Positions 49,484 to 62,706 of a stretch of DNA of 64,000 nt are shown one piece after another. Below the pieces are notes generated by a model. That model worked only from the letters and a program-made list of their open reading frames with translations. It made no database searches and was not told where the DNA came from. The position numbers were made by a program, and so were the translations under genes. The stretch covers positions 100,084,699 through 100,148,698 of the forward strand of contig NC_092382.1 of assembly GCF_030028105.1 (NCBI RefSeq). Direction: 5' to 3'. This DNA is from Mobula birostris. Lineage: Eukaryota. How positions within the stretch are numbered: the first letter of the stretch is position 1; the number at the start of each line of letters is the position of its first letter.

Positions 49484-50617
49484 TGTCATGGTCCGGTTCT
49501 TGAAATCCGCATTACTGTTCACGGCCAGGTCCATGCTCCTTATTCCTGGTTTTCCGGTTTTCCCCCGTTTCTGTTGAGGCTGCTGACTTCATAAATACTT
49601 TCAGGATTCAGCATCTGGCTGCTGGATTGATCCTGTCCATACCCGCTGTCTGTATCCTTTCCTTTCCCTTCCCCTGCCTTCTGTTTCCTCGCTTGAAGTT
49701 TTGCCTCGCCTGTAACCCTCGCCTGAACCACTGTCAAGTTCCATCGCCGGAGCAAGATAAGGAGCTGTCCATTGTTGTTTTGAACTGTCTCTGTGTCCAC
49801 GCCCTCGCTAGGTAGGTCCGGTCGTCTGCCGCTGCCTTGTTTTGGAACCGCCTGCTTGTATTCTGCATTCTGTGTAATGAGCCCAGGTAGGGGTACCGGA
49901 TCTGTATTCCATGTTCCTGTCTCTCCCTCGACCAAAGCTCTGCGTTCTTGTCTCTCCGTCGACCTAATCAAGGCTTCGGGGTCTCGTCTAATCCTAGCCA
50001 CGATCCAGGAACCCTGTCATGTCCAAGGCATGGCTTTGTGTTCTCGTCTTCTCTATGTGTCTCGCCCAGCCCAGGAGTACCTTGCCCAGCCCGGTGCTGG
50101 TGTCCCTCATCCTGTGCTGCAGTTCCCTTGTCCTGTCCAGGAGTCTCACGTCCAGTCCTGTTGCTTCTCCTCGTCCTATAGCCACGCCTTGCCCTCGCCT
50201 AGTTCTAGACTCCGAGCCCCAGTCAAGGCCCAGGTTCTGGATCCTTGCCCAGTTTCTGCCTCGGAGTCCATACCCAAGCCTCAAAGTGCCCTAGCCTCCA
50301 AGAACCCAAGCCTCGTCATGTCTTCGCCTACATCCGGGGTCCGAGCCCGAATCAAGACCCAGGTTTCGGGTCCTTGTCCAGCCTCTAGCTCGGAGTAAAA
50401 CCCCAGTCTCCTAGTTCCACGTTCCATGTCCTGGTTCCGCTATCCTAGTCAAGTCCTAGCCCAGGCTCTGTATCCTTGTCTCGTCCAGGGACTGTGTCAT
50501 GTCCAGCGTATTTTCTTTTCCACTTCCCTTGCTTTCCTGACTAACCTAGTCCTGTCCATTGTACTTCAGTGTCTGTGTCTTGCATTTGGGTCCGCTCCCA
50601 GCCTCGCCCTTATGCCA
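49484..50617. mobile_element. Possible solo LTR
   Basis: Starts TGTCATG, ends TATGCCA, internal short cctag/gtcc repeats, interrupts a V 3'-flank paralogy; no clear TSD. Confidence 0.4.
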
Positions 50618-51559
50618 CGCTCATCACGTGCCGTCCACAGGATCAATGCTACCGCTCTTTATCGCTTTTGTTAAATCGCCGAAGCACAGACATTCGGGAG
50701 AGTTGAGGAACAGAGGCAACCCAGGTGTATAAGGGTAGGGCGTAAACGTTATGAATGGTGGGGAGTGTCGAGGCACAGTGGGTATATAAGAGTATGACTA
50801 ACAAAGAGTCCATGGTGTGTAGTGCCCAGCGAAAAATGGTGTGCACTGGGTGGAGCACACTCTTCGAAGAAATATAGGCTGGAAGATGATATAAACGATC
50901 TGGCGAGGGGTAGAGATGGGTGGATAGGGTTGTGAGGACTCCTGTATGAGATGCTGGGACGAAATAGCTGAAGGAGATACAGAGAGGAAGTAGAAGTAAC
51001 CGGACACAGGGGAGCGGTGGATCATGGGGAAAGGGGCAGGAGGAGCGCGAACCAGAAGGACATGATGGACTGGTGAGATTATAAGAGGTAGGTGGGTGTC
51101 AATAACAGGGAACGGAACGAACAAGCGGTTGGGTACAAATTAGTAAAACAGAGAAATGTGTCGCTGCTCGCAGCGACACAGGAAAGAAGACGTCTGTAAA
51201 TCATAGGCCGTGTGGAGGGACTATCAGTCGGGCGGTGTGCCCTAGCGGTGAATCAGTGAAATAAAGGGCGGAGCTGTTGCACCTTGGTCTTTAATTTCCT
51301 CCCTTCTTAATGGTGAAGCTGTCGCCGCACTTTATCTACCCTTGTTGTGTACAATCTTCCCACACACCATCGGTCCGGGAGGATCTCAAGATTTGAGGGC
51401 GCCAATGATAATGGCCTCCAAGATCAATCTCCCGCAATATATGTCCTTTGTCCGTCCGTGGAAATTCAGAATGCAGGGACTCTCGGACGGTGGAGAAACA
51501 AAGGGACTTGGCTTCATAAGGGTGGGACCTAAGGGGACGATCGAGGGATCTCAGAGTAC

Positions 51560-51960
51560 AAGGTGAGGATCCACTTCCTGATCGGCGCGGAGTGTCGAGC
51601 GATAGGGGAACCTCGGTGTACGAGGGTGGGACACGCAGCGTGAATGGTAGGGAGAGGCGAGGGACAGAGGCAGCTCCGTGTACGGGGACAGGACACACGT
51701 CAACAATGGTTCGGAGCGTCGAAGGACAGAGCGACCTCGTTCCACGAGGGTAGGACCCACACATTCAATGGTGGGGATTGTCGAGGGACAGAGCGATCTC
51801 GGTGTACACCAGTAGGACACTCAGCGTGAATTACAGGGAGTATTGATGGACAGAGGGTCGAATATGTACTTGTCGGACAAACCCTGGGAATGGTGCCGAG
51901 AATCGAATGACAGAGGAGGTTCGGAGTACGAGGGGACAGCCGGATAATGATAAAAGATAG
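51560..51960 (+). repeat. Degenerate ~60-70 bp minisatellite (gggtaggacacacaccgtgaatggtggggagtgtcgagggacagagg)
   Basis: Several units here; shorter arrays at ~7420-7680, 11300-11510, 15180-15270, 58610-58860. Confidence 0.7.
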
Positions 51961-52308
51961 AGAGAGATAGGGTAATACCGGTGAGACAGACATCGTGAAA
52001 GGTATAACACGGCGTACTTTGGAGGAACAGCGGGTTATTAATGTACACTTTGACGATCACTAAAGGTGACAGACTTCACAGGATTCGTGGGGTAGGTTGG
52101 GTGCCGGATCTGGGGGTGCGTGCGGATTTGTGGGTATCGGCGAAGGTAGGGTGAGGAGAATTAGGTGTGAGAATTGGGGGTGTCCCACTGGGCCCCATCC
52201 TCCATATTGGCCCCATCAGATTCTTTCTTCTCCAGCCCTTGACATTCCACACCCACCTGCTTCGTCTATCAGGTAACATTTATTGATGTCGGAATGGGAA
52301 TATTCGCA

Positions 52309-52323
52309 ACACTAGAGGGCGCT
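52309..52323 (+). promoter_or_regulatory. CTCF-like motif
   Basis: ACACTAGAGGGCGCT (one 5' mismatch). Confidence 0.55.
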
Positions 52324-52694
52324 GAAAGAATCCGGATCTCACACTGGTCACCCATTTTAATTCCAGTACATGATTGATTAACAACTAAACGGGAAGACCG
52401 AAAATCGGTTTGTAAAGGAAGACAAAGTGAGCAATTTCAAACAGAGCAAAGAAGCAGAAGACGAATTAAGTAAGTACAAAAAGCAACACTGAGAAAATGA
52501 TTTGTAGAGATCGTGGAAGTGAGGTCATAGGGTTTGACATAGTTCAGTTTTGAGGTGATTTGGGAGCCCGAACCACCGTGCATAACATCACTTTCCTCAA
52601 CAGGGAAGAGAACACGATGGCGGTTACATCCCGCATTGAGATAACTAGTCTCCCACTACAGCCTGGAACAGGGACGTTCAGTGGCCATGTTCTA

Positions 52695-52709
52695 CCAGTA
52701 GGTGGCAGC
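52695..52709 (+). promoter_or_regulatory. CTCF motif behind a deleted family A V
   Basis: CCAGTAGGTGGCAGC, identical to 39091. Confidence 0.72.
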
Positions 52710-53989
52710 ACCTGACCGAGTTCGGATGCCCCTTTCTGTCAGCAACGGGCTGCACTCGGCCTGGTTTCCCCGCCTGCTCCTGCTATCTTAGATATCGGAT
52801 AGACAAACACAGGGGTTTGATGACTAAAGGCCTGTTGTTGCATCTACTCTGCAATTGTCGGCAGGAAACCCGAGAAGGCGCTACGCACAGCTCAGCACAT
52901 CGCTCAAATACGCCCTCTGTCCATACACCTCGTTACCTCAATAAAGCAGCCGATGACAATGAAGAGCTCCAGTCACGACTCCAACAGCTCGCCGCCTTTG
53001 TTACCCGTCTCTTATGCTCGAGGATGGTACAAAAATGTGGATTCTCGACTTCACAATCTACCTCTCTGTAGCCTTGTTCACCTGTATGGCGGTTTTCTCC
53101 GGCGTTTTTAAACATTACTGATGAACCTTATTCTATACCAATGATTTGATCTGTGTGCAAGAACAACTTTTCACTGTAACTCCATAGACGCAGCAAAAGT
53201 AATCGAATTTATTAAATTACTTTTCTCTATCTCAATTCAAAATGTTATGAATTGATCTCTGCGAACCAGCTTTTCACCGCATAACTGCACAGGGAATTCA
53301 CTGTGGCCAAGCATTGTAACCCCGATTCCCATTCACCTTCCGACGTGTCGGTCCATGACGACCCCTCGTGTGAAGAGGACGCCACCCTCAAGGTAGAGAA
53401 ACAACCTCTTACATTTCATCTGGGCAGCGTTCAACCTGATGGTGTGTCTTACTGTTTCATTTTAGTTCTTCTCGCCTGACTATTAGTTCCCCCTTTGGCC
53501 CTCACCTACTTCCCCTTCCCCTGTTTTCGTCTCCTCTCCTATCATATTCTTCCCACTCCAGTCCTTGTCCTTTCCCTTCCACCTGTCTTCATCTATCACC
53601 TTCTAGCCGGCCTTTTACCCATGCGGCAATTTTTAATTCAAGCATCGCACCCGCCATCCAGCCTACCTTTCCCTCTCAGTCCTGATGAAGCTTCTCGGTC
53701 TAAAACGTCCAATGCTTACACTTTTCCGCACGCCATCCACAGCGCTAGAACGCAAGTCTCTGACCACAGAAAAACCGTACTGCTTACCACCAAGAGGTGC
53801 AGAACGGGAGTTTGGCCACGTGGGGGCAGCAGTACTCTGTGTATCGCTGCACATTGTCCTACTGGAACGGCACGCAGCAACGCGCAAATGTTATACCGGT
53901 GCATCTGTAAAAGTTTGCTCGACGGATGCATCTGTACAAACGCTAACATCCCGCACAAACATCCATGCCTTGTGTACATATGTAATTAA

Positions 53990-54515
53990 TGGGGAGAGCA
54001 TCCTTTTGGTGACCTCTTGCACCTGATATAATGGCCACTCTCTATATGTTCGTGGTTTTCTGCATTGCAGCCCATCCGCTCCAAAGTCCAACATATTGTG
54101 TATTCAGAGATGCTCTTCCGCACACCGCTGTTGTAACACGTGGTCACTTGAACTACTGAGGCCTCCCTCTCAGCGTGAAAGAGTCTGGCCATTCTCCTCT
54201 AAACTCGAGCAGTAGCAGGGCGTTTTCACCCGCATAATTACCGCAACAGTTTTTCGCTCCATTCTCGGTAAACACTAAAGAATGTTGTGCGTGAATATCC
54301 CAGGAATTCAGTCGTTTCTGAGATACGCAGCCTCTCCCGGTTATCATCACTAATCATTCTCCAGCCAAAGTAAATTGGATTACATTTCTTCCTTATTCTA
54401 AGGAACCGTTAGACCATTTCTGCATGCTCTGATACATTGATTTGCTGCAACAAGATTGACTGAAGAGACACTTCCATTAATGATTGGTGTACAACTGTCC
54501 AATAAAGTGGCCACG
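53990..54515 (-). mobile_element. Tc1-like transposase N-terminal remnant
   Basis: MARLFHAEREASVVQVTTCYNSGVRKSISEYT resembles the Tc1 HTH region; caataaagtggccac end. Confidence 0.7.
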
Positions 54516-55313
54516 TCGTCTGAGTAGGTTGAATGTAAACGTGGATAGATTGGTTTGTAAGTTTGAAAACGGCACAGTGATTGACCGCCTCATGGATGTT
54601 AGAGCAGGTTGTCAACGGAGAGAGCGGAATATCAGTGTTGTCAGTACGTAGCTGCAGCTAATAATGAGGCCACTGAGTGTATGCTGTGCTGTCTTTATCA
54701 TCACCTCTGCAGACCTTCGCTGCTCCTTGTCATCTTTCGCAGTATTCCGTCTGGAGGAGAGATTTCCCGACCCGAGGCATGGCGCACACTGAGCTGCTGT
54801 TGATCTTTCGCTTCTTTTCCTACTAGGAGACAAACGACGTTCTTTGGTTGCCGTATGACCACAAATTATGCAACGACTCGCCACGAAATTCCCTCTGACT
54901 TTCACGCTCTTTCAGCCTGCGGGTCCAGAGTCAGTGAGACAGTAGACACACAGAAATGCATTGCGGATAATTCAGTGAGATAAGTGGATAGACAGATAGA
55001 TAGATACATAGATAGATAGTTAGACAGAGAGACAGATAGATAGAGAGATAGGCAGAAAGATAGATAGATACATAGCAAGTTCGCCGCTCCTCCTACTTTT
55101 TCGCCGTATTCCATTCCAAGAAGCAATAGATCCCACCCTGGGTGTGCAATATACTGAGCATTATTGCTTGTTTCTGTTCTAAATAGGAACGGCAAGCGGT
55201 TTTCCCATAGCTGATGTATAACGACAGCTGTTTCATTCACCCACCACGAAATTCCTGTTATGTATCTATGTGTTTGTGTGTGTGTAACTGTGTATGTCTC
55301 TGTGTTTGTGCGC

Positions 55314-55360
<47 letters not shown>

Positions 55361-55615
55361 AGCGCGTGTATGTGTGTAGTCCTGTAGTGACGATTCCTCA
55401 CGAAAGCGACACTGCAGAAACTGCGACCTCCACTCTCCTCCGGCTTTCGAATGACGACAGAAGGCAAACGTACCGCCCATCAGTTACACAGGAAGTGACA
55501 GACGTCATAGGGCCATTCGGAACCAGCAATTATATCGAGCCACACAGTACATTACTTCTGAAAGCTGGTCTTGAACGGCACTCCATCCCAAAGCCAGCCA
55601 GATTCTACCCGGTCA

Positions 55616-56065
55616 ATGATGATGAGAGGAACATATTGTATTCCGCTGATCGTGGCATTGATCCCGCGTAAGTCAGGATAACAAATGTTCTGGGGAAGGT
55701 AACTCAGGTTCAGAGAACGGGCTACCATTTGCTGAGAGAAATTAGGCTCTAATGGAATTTCTCCCTTGCAGGGATTCTGGCCGCGTACGTGGAGCAGTCG
55801 CCCCCTTCCCTGTCAGTTGGATTGGGACAGTCAAGCACCGTCCAATGCACGCTGCTAAATTCGGACTATAATAGAATGTATTGGTACAGACAGCGACCGG
55901 ACGGGGCAATCGAAGCTCTTTTCTATTCTGCTGGGAAAGATATGGTCAACAATTACACGTCGGAATCCTACGCGGCAACAAGATCCAGCAGCACTTTCTT
56001 TCAAATGGAACTAAAGAACGCCTCGCACTCTCACTCGGCCGTCTATTTCTGCGCCTGCAGTAGCG
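55616..56065 (+). CDS. TRBV: TCR beta V segment, family A', intact
   Basis: Leader 55616-55667, exon 55772-56065; RSS CACAGGG 56066-56072, 23 nt, ACAAAAGCT 56096-56104. Confidence 0.87.
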
Positions 56066-56146
56066 CACAGGGGTTGAGAAGCCGAGCCGCCTCTGACAAA
56101 AGCTGTTCTGCACAATCGCTGAAGGCTCAGAACCCGCTATTTCCCA

Positions 56147-56161
56147 CCAGTAGGGGTCGCT
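56147..56161 (+). promoter_or_regulatory. CTCF motif
   Basis: CCAGTAGGGGTCGCT, ~43 bp after the nonamer. Confidence 0.62.
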
Positions 56162-56990
56162 GCACATTGAATTTCACTGTCCGGGTCGCGGCCAGCATCA
56201 CACTGCAATTGCCTTTTGATTCTTCCCATCCACCTAACCCAATACGTAATATCAGGAAATTAGATCAGCAAGGCAAGGATGTCTGAAGCAATTCAGAAAC
56301 ACTTCCCAGAAAAGAAAAACAGTGACCGCCTCGAATTTCTTACGAAGCTAAGAAATTTAAGAAATTTAAGAAATTTAAGAATCTAAGAAATTTCTTATGG
56401 ACCGTGGGTTTTATACACCTTTCCTTGCACTGCACGCCTTCGCGTGTTTCAGCTTTCTTTAATTATCTCTGATCCATTGATAATCACATAGGACCAAAGT
56501 GAAGGTTGAGTCACAGGTGGACTGTCCGACGTGGGAAACATTTGACAACCACGACTTCATCTGTCAGAGCTTTTATAGAGCTGGGATGTGTCACGGGCGA
56601 ACAGAACAAGAACGAGAATGGAGTTCTATGATTAAACGTTTATATTCAGTCATTTTGGATTATTTATCTATCTATGTACCTGTACATCTATCTATCTAAC
56701 TGCCAATCTGTCTATCAATCTATCTATCTATCTATCTACCTATCTCACTGTCTATCGATCTATCTGTACAGACAGAATCCTGATGGTCGTTGACGTTCCA
56801 TGTAGATGGGACAAATAAAGTAAATCATCGATCATAATTTGCGAATTGACATCTGTTAATTCAGACATAAATGCTCAGATACATAAAGATACATATCAAG
56901 ATAAATAAATAAAGTGATACACCGAAAAGGAAGTTATGAGAGGTGTGAGCATTAGTATGAACAATAGTCAGGGGGGGGCAGAGAGGGAGA

Positions 56991-57047
<57 letters not shown>

Positions 57048-57307
57048 AAAAAGATAAAGAGTGAGAGCCCCGGGCCAACAGCTTCGAGCCTGCACTCTGC
57101 TCTCTCTGTACTAATCATCACTCAGAGCACTTTTCCAATTGATAACACCGGAATAGGGGATCTCCGTTGGCCAGTTCATCGATTCCTTCTTGGCCCAACG
57201 CCAAGCACCTGACAGGAACAATAACCTGCCTACTTCTGCTGTCCGTGTAAGGTTCGATTTCAACATTTCGTTCCATATTGAAATCCACCATGGCCAGCAT
57301 AGGAAGG

Positions 57308-57340
<33 letters not shown>

Positions 57341-57626
57341 CGCAAGAAAGAGAGATAAGGAAGAAGAGAATGCGGCGAGTCAATCAACACTTGTCTATCG
57401 ATGGGAGACGGATATGGGAAGCCAAGAAGGAAAAATCATGATTCGGTAAAGTATAACTCCACAAGCCTCGATTCTAATTGGCCAAAAGAAGCAGAGGGCG
57501 CGGCCATCCGTATCACCAATGACCATTTAGGTCACTGAGTTACGTGACAAGCGGGACTGAAGTGAGGGGATTCATTGCTCCTGGACACAACAGTTTCACT
57601 TGGGAGAGCATTATCCTCCAGAGAAG

Positions 57627-58249
57627 ATGTTCCTGTTTCTGCAACTGATCGTCTCCTTCCACTGTGAGGGAAAAAATTGCTTATACTTTTTCCTCTCTTT
57701 TCCCTAGGGTAATCCTCGCTTCCTCTCGTCCTGTGCCTTTTCTGTCTCCTTCTGAGCTTTTCTTCGCCCATTTCCATCCTCTCTCTGATCTTTTTTCGTC
57801 GGAACCTCTCCATACCGACCGCCACCCGAAAATACCCCGGCTTCAATCCTCCCCCTTCTCTACCCCGTCGTTCTCGCCGTCCACATACTCACCTCTTTTC
57901 ACTCCCACTCTCTTCTTCAGATGTGACCCCGGTGACGATCCACCAGGTCCCAGCTTTCTCCGGTCCCACCGGCCGGGCTGTGACGCTAAACTGTACTGTC
58001 GAGGGGAGCAGTAACACGGCTGATAGAATGTTCTGGTACAGACAGTACCCGGGACAGGGGACTCGAAAACTTGTTCTGCTCTACATTTGCGGGTAAAGAG
58101 GGTCGGTGTACGGCTTTACCGCAGAGAGACCGAGCAGCTACATCTTCAGGCTGAGCTGTGTCGCCTTGGAGGCGAATTCGTCAGCCGTGTGCTCCTGTGC
58201 CTGGAGTGATCACAGCGACGGGGTCAGACGGCGGAGCTGAACAAAAACC
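57627..58249 (+). pseudogene. TRBV: Divergent family B V pseudogene (B12)
   Basis: Leader 57627-57663, exon from 57921; +1 shift in FR2 gives TAA at 58094-58096; ends VCSCAWSD; RSS CACAGCG 58211, 23 nt, ACAAAAACC. Confidence 0.85.
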
Positions 58250-59398
58250 TCACCGTCTTGATGTCAATCGAAGCGTCGGTGCGTGCCCGTCCGACAGATG
58301 GCGCTGCGATGCTGCAACGGAGAGAAATAACAGGGCGAAGATATCGCAGCTGCGCTTGTAATGCATTTCTCTTGTTCGGCATTAAAATGGCGGAAGCGGT
58401 TCTACACAGATATTTTTGCACCAGTCCTGTTTTTTCCTGTTCCCTGAAAGCTTCACTCCGATGCTCAGACGATACAGAAACTACATCCATCTGAAATCGC
58501 CATTCTCAGTACTTAATCCGTATTAATCCACTACATCCATTGGTCGATACTCAAAATGCTCGGACACTTGGTGTGTTGAGAAGCAGAGGGACCTGGGTTT
58601 ACAACGGTAGGACGCGCACTGTGAACGGTGTGAAATGATCAAGAACAGTGGGCGTTCGGTGTAGAGGGGCGCGGCATGCACCGTGAACGGTGGGCAACCA
58701 TGGCGCAACGGGCCCTCAGTATATAAGGATAGGGCTCACAGTCGACTGTGGGGAGTGTCAAGGGACCGGGGAACCTCAGTGTGCAAGGGTAGGACACACA
58801 CAGTGAATGGTGTGAGGTGTTGAGGAACAGGGGAACCTGGGTTCCACGCTCGGTTGTTTGGGATCTCGGGGTCGTCAGGAATGGAATTCTTTCACGCACA
58901 ACAGAAGCCCGTTGTTAGCAAGATAACCGTTGAGCCGACTGTCATGCAGGAAGAGGCTTTCACTCAGAATGCGATCTGTTGCTATTCGTCAGAGTACGTG
59001 GCGCAGGCGTTGCTCTTTCGTTCTTCCCTAAGCATTCAAATAAGAGAAATTCTTCCGCGCAAGGAAGTTCACAGCCGGTTCTTCGTTACATGACCGTGTT
59101 GATCGTAACTTCCCAGTGAGGCCAACTAGATTGAGACTTCAAGCTATCTGCAGTCTCCCTAAACCTACCTCCCGCCCATTCGGCCTGTCGCTCATCATTG
59201 TGGACACTTTCTCAGCTGCGCCGGAGGGAGGCCTATCTCTCGAATCGGGGCAGGTTCATGAAAGGGGCGTGGGCAATAGCTACTTCCGCAAATCCACCTC
59301 CGTCACTGGGATACGTAACAAACGGGGATGAAGTGAATGAATTCGTCTCTGCCGCCCGGACCACTTTCATCACTGAGAGAGTAAACCCTCCAAGGAAG

Positions 59399-60035
59399 AT
59401 GTTTCTGTTTCTGCAATTCATCCTCTGCTTCCGCTGTGAGTGATAGTTCCCAAATATTTTTTTTCATTCTCTGCTTGTGTCTTCCTTTCACGTTCCTTCC
59501 ACTTGCTTTGCCCTCCCGTCGTCTCGGACTCATTCCGTACTTATTTACGAACACATACGGCCGCAGACTATCTGCCCACTGCCGCCACCATTAAATTCCG
59601 ATCTCCTCTCGAAATGTCCCCATCTTCAGTCATCTTTTTTGCATCCTTCAATGTACCTTGCTTATCCCCATCCCCATTGATCCGCGTCTCCGCTCCCCTT
59701 TTCCCCGTTCAGCCAAGCTCGTCTCTTTTTTTCCAGACGCGACCTCGGTGACGATCGACCAGACGCCGGCTTTCTCCGGAACTGCCGGCCAGAAGGTGAC
59801 TCTGAATTGCACAGTAGAGGGCATTGGCAGTGCTGGTAACGTGTTGTGCTGGTATCGACAATTCCCGGGAAAGGGTCCGGAGAACATGTTTTACTCGGCG
59901 ATAGTTAAAGCCGTGCTGCCAAAGGACCCGGTCGGCGGTTTTACGGCGGAGAGACCGCAGAGCAACGAGATCTTCCTGAAGTCCGACAAACTGGAGGCGA
60001 ATTCGGCGGCCGTGTATTTCTGCGCCTGGAGTGTT
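59399..60035 (+). CDS. TRBV: TCR beta V segment, family B (B13), open frame, Tyr>Cys before the conserved Trp
   Basis: Leader 59399-59435, exon 59737-60035 (VLCWYRQ); RSS CACGGCG 60036-60042, 23 nt, ACAAAAACC 60066-60074. Confidence 0.85.
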
Positions 60036-61599
60036 CACGGCGGCTCAGACTGACGGGGCAGCTGTACAAAAACCTCACTGTCAGCGTACTCGCTGCTGTC
60101 AACAAAACAGGAAACACGACTCCTGTCAATCATAGTGTGGGTGGGTCCATGATTTGTCATACGCGCCGTAGCGGCAAATTAGTGAAGGAAGGGGCGGTGG
60201 TACAACTTTCCATGTCCTCCACTAAAGCATTCAAATAGGAAAAGATAATCCGCGCACTGATCTTCTCTCTCCATCCTTCCTTACGAGCAAACTTCTTACC
60301 GATCTTCAGCACGGGTGGATCGTCACTTTTGAGTGCGACCGCTAATGTAACGAGGAGCACATGGCACGTGAAATGAGATTCCTTGAAAGGTCGAGAAATG
60401 GAGCAGGGTTGGGCATGGGGGCTCGCACTTCCATCCCGTCAAACGCAGAGGTACGGAAACGCCAGCAGATTCTCCAAAGTACTCATCCCAGGGAGAGGAA
60501 ACATTTTTAAAGTTAAGCTTCTCTTGGGTACAAATTGAACGTCTGCTCCAGGACAGGGTGATCTGATGATCAGCTGTCGGCGGCCTCTGCCCATGAAAGG
60601 ATGACTGGGTGAAGTGAGGAGTTAAAGGATCTCTTATTATACCCTATTCGCAGTGACATCCATTACCTGATTCAACTGTGATGGGGCAGAAAGTGTAAGG
60701 AATTGCCACAACCGCTCCAAAATAGTCACGGATGTCTTCGGTATATATTTTCGCTCCCATCCTCTTCTGAGTGACGGCCCCACAGCGGAGACTGGCCTTG
60801 ATTGACAGCAATTCCCTATTTTGCTGACCGCAGCGCCCCCTACCGCCCGTATCGTGAACCACCATATCATGCTCGATTCCTGCCCACATCCCGTCTAAAC
60901 TCAGCAAACTGATCCAGTCGTCATCTGTCCGGAGTTTGCACGTTCTCGCCGTGAAGGGCGCGTGTTTGCTCCGGGTGATCCGGCTTCCTCCCACAGTCCG
61001 AGCACGCGCAGGTTAGCAGCTGAATTGGTCATTTTACATTGCCATGTTCTGCTCTAGGGTGAGGTTAGTGGTTTTCTGAGCAGTGTAGCTCGTTGGGCTG
61101 AAAAGGTCTGTTTTGCATTGTATTTATATGTAAAATAAACACGAAATGAGTATTCCCGCCGGGCACTTTTCTCTGACTGGTCGCTACACAGCGGCCTCTG
61201 ACTGCAAACATTTCACGCTCACTGATTGACAGCCGGCGAAAATCTGCTCTGATAACGGAACGGCCATCCACTCGAGACTCCGAGGGACAAAATCATCTCC
61301 TCCGTCCTCTGTCTGAGAAGCCGTTAATTCAAGCCGAGGATTTGGCCCTTCCCCCTCCCGCCCCCGCCCCCCGCCGGAGATTCTTGATCGCACAGTAGCA
61401 GCGGCATTTCATACGTTTCTCCAGATGTTCCTCCGTGCTGCTCACTTCTGTCTCCGTCTAATCAGGATTGTGCACTGTTTCCCTCTTAACAAATACGGAT
61501 GTAATTTCGGAGCGGCCGCGCGCGCTGCGTCGCGCCGCTATCTTCTCCTCGCCAAATACTGGGACTGTCTTGCAACATCAACTGCACTTCCAACTTCGC

Positions 61600-61800
61600 T
61601 CTTCTTTCGGCTTTGATTCGTAATGGTGCCCAGGGTGTGACGCGCAGAAAGTGACGCAGCCGTCAACGGGGCAGTAGCATAGCCGCAGTCTAAGCAGACA
61701 ACGCAAAGTGCTTCTCCTGAATTCTGGCAATGTTCTACAATTGATGCCAAAGCGTCTGGTGTCTCTCTGGGGCGGCTGTTGGCATGAGGACACATTGCAT
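61600..61800 (-). mobile_element. Possible old RTE-type RT fragment
   Basis: RETPDALASIVEHCQNSGEALCVVCLD loosely resembles the RT motif STTDAIF.L..L.EK......L..VF.D. Confidence 0.3.
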
Positions 61801-62115
61801 GCTAGTTATTTTGCCGTTGATCTCAAGTAAATCAAAACCTCATAGAACCATGGAGAGGGCTGGTGTTCTTGGCGGAGTTACGTCGTGCGACATTGGCCAT
61901 GGTTTAGCCTGATAGAGGGTAGGAAATTCAATCCTCCTTCCGAACTGCAAGATCAGACCAACAATGTGGACAGCCGGCCCACGCCCCTTTTGTGTTTAGT
62001 CATTGCATTGATACGTCCTCTCCTCTGCAGTAAAATTCGAAGGTGAATTTTCTCTTCGGCTGCGATGCAACATTTAGCTTGATCGGAGGGCGACAAGTGG
62101 ACACACAGGCCGCGA

Positions 62116-62130
62116 CCACTAGGGGGCGGA
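62116..62130 (+). promoter_or_regulatory. CTCF motif
   Basis: CCACTAGGGGGCGGA; paralogous to 19093. Confidence 0.72.
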
Positions 62131-62663
62131 AATGCACTGAAGTAAAATTTATGTTAGATTTTTCGAAGGGAGTGAAAGGCAGCATAACCTTTATAAAGAT
62201 GATTTCTTTTCTTCGGCTGCGATGGAACAAGGGCTAGGAGACAGAGATAGAGGCTCAGGCAGAGAGAGAAAGTGAGATACCGAATATGGAAGGCTACTCC
62301 ATGCAGAACACAATGCCTTTCATCGGGCGTGTGGCTCTCTTTACGCGAGTCCCTTGATTTCAACGAAAGGGAGGTGAATTGTGGCCCGTCTCCTTATACC
62401 GGCTGTGTAGTTTTCCTCAAATTCAAAGACTTGGTGGCAATAAAATCATCACACCTAGTGAGCTCCGGGGGTGAGGGTGATGGAGGGGCGAAAGAGAGGG
62501 ACAGAGGAAGTCAGAGGTTTGTACTGATAATGAGATCGACACCGGAGGAGGGAAACAAACTATTTCAGCTTATCGGTGACCGAGTGGAGAGGGCCGTACC
62601 CAGAGAAAGGTAATAATCTTCAGACAGAGAAAGAGTGAAAGAGTGAAAGAGAGAGATAGAGAT

Positions 62664-62706
<43 letters not shown>

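Larger units (their letters stand above)
52640..56230 (+). repeat. Segmental duplicate of ~39025-43220
   Basis: Colinear RSS spacer, CTCF site, Penelope and Tc1 remnants, (GT)n tract and A' gene. Confidence 0.8.

Noticed and set aside
58799-58805. Perfect CACAGTG and CACCGTG cores in the minisatellite
   Set aside because: No credible nonamer at 12 or 23 nt spacing in the copies checked
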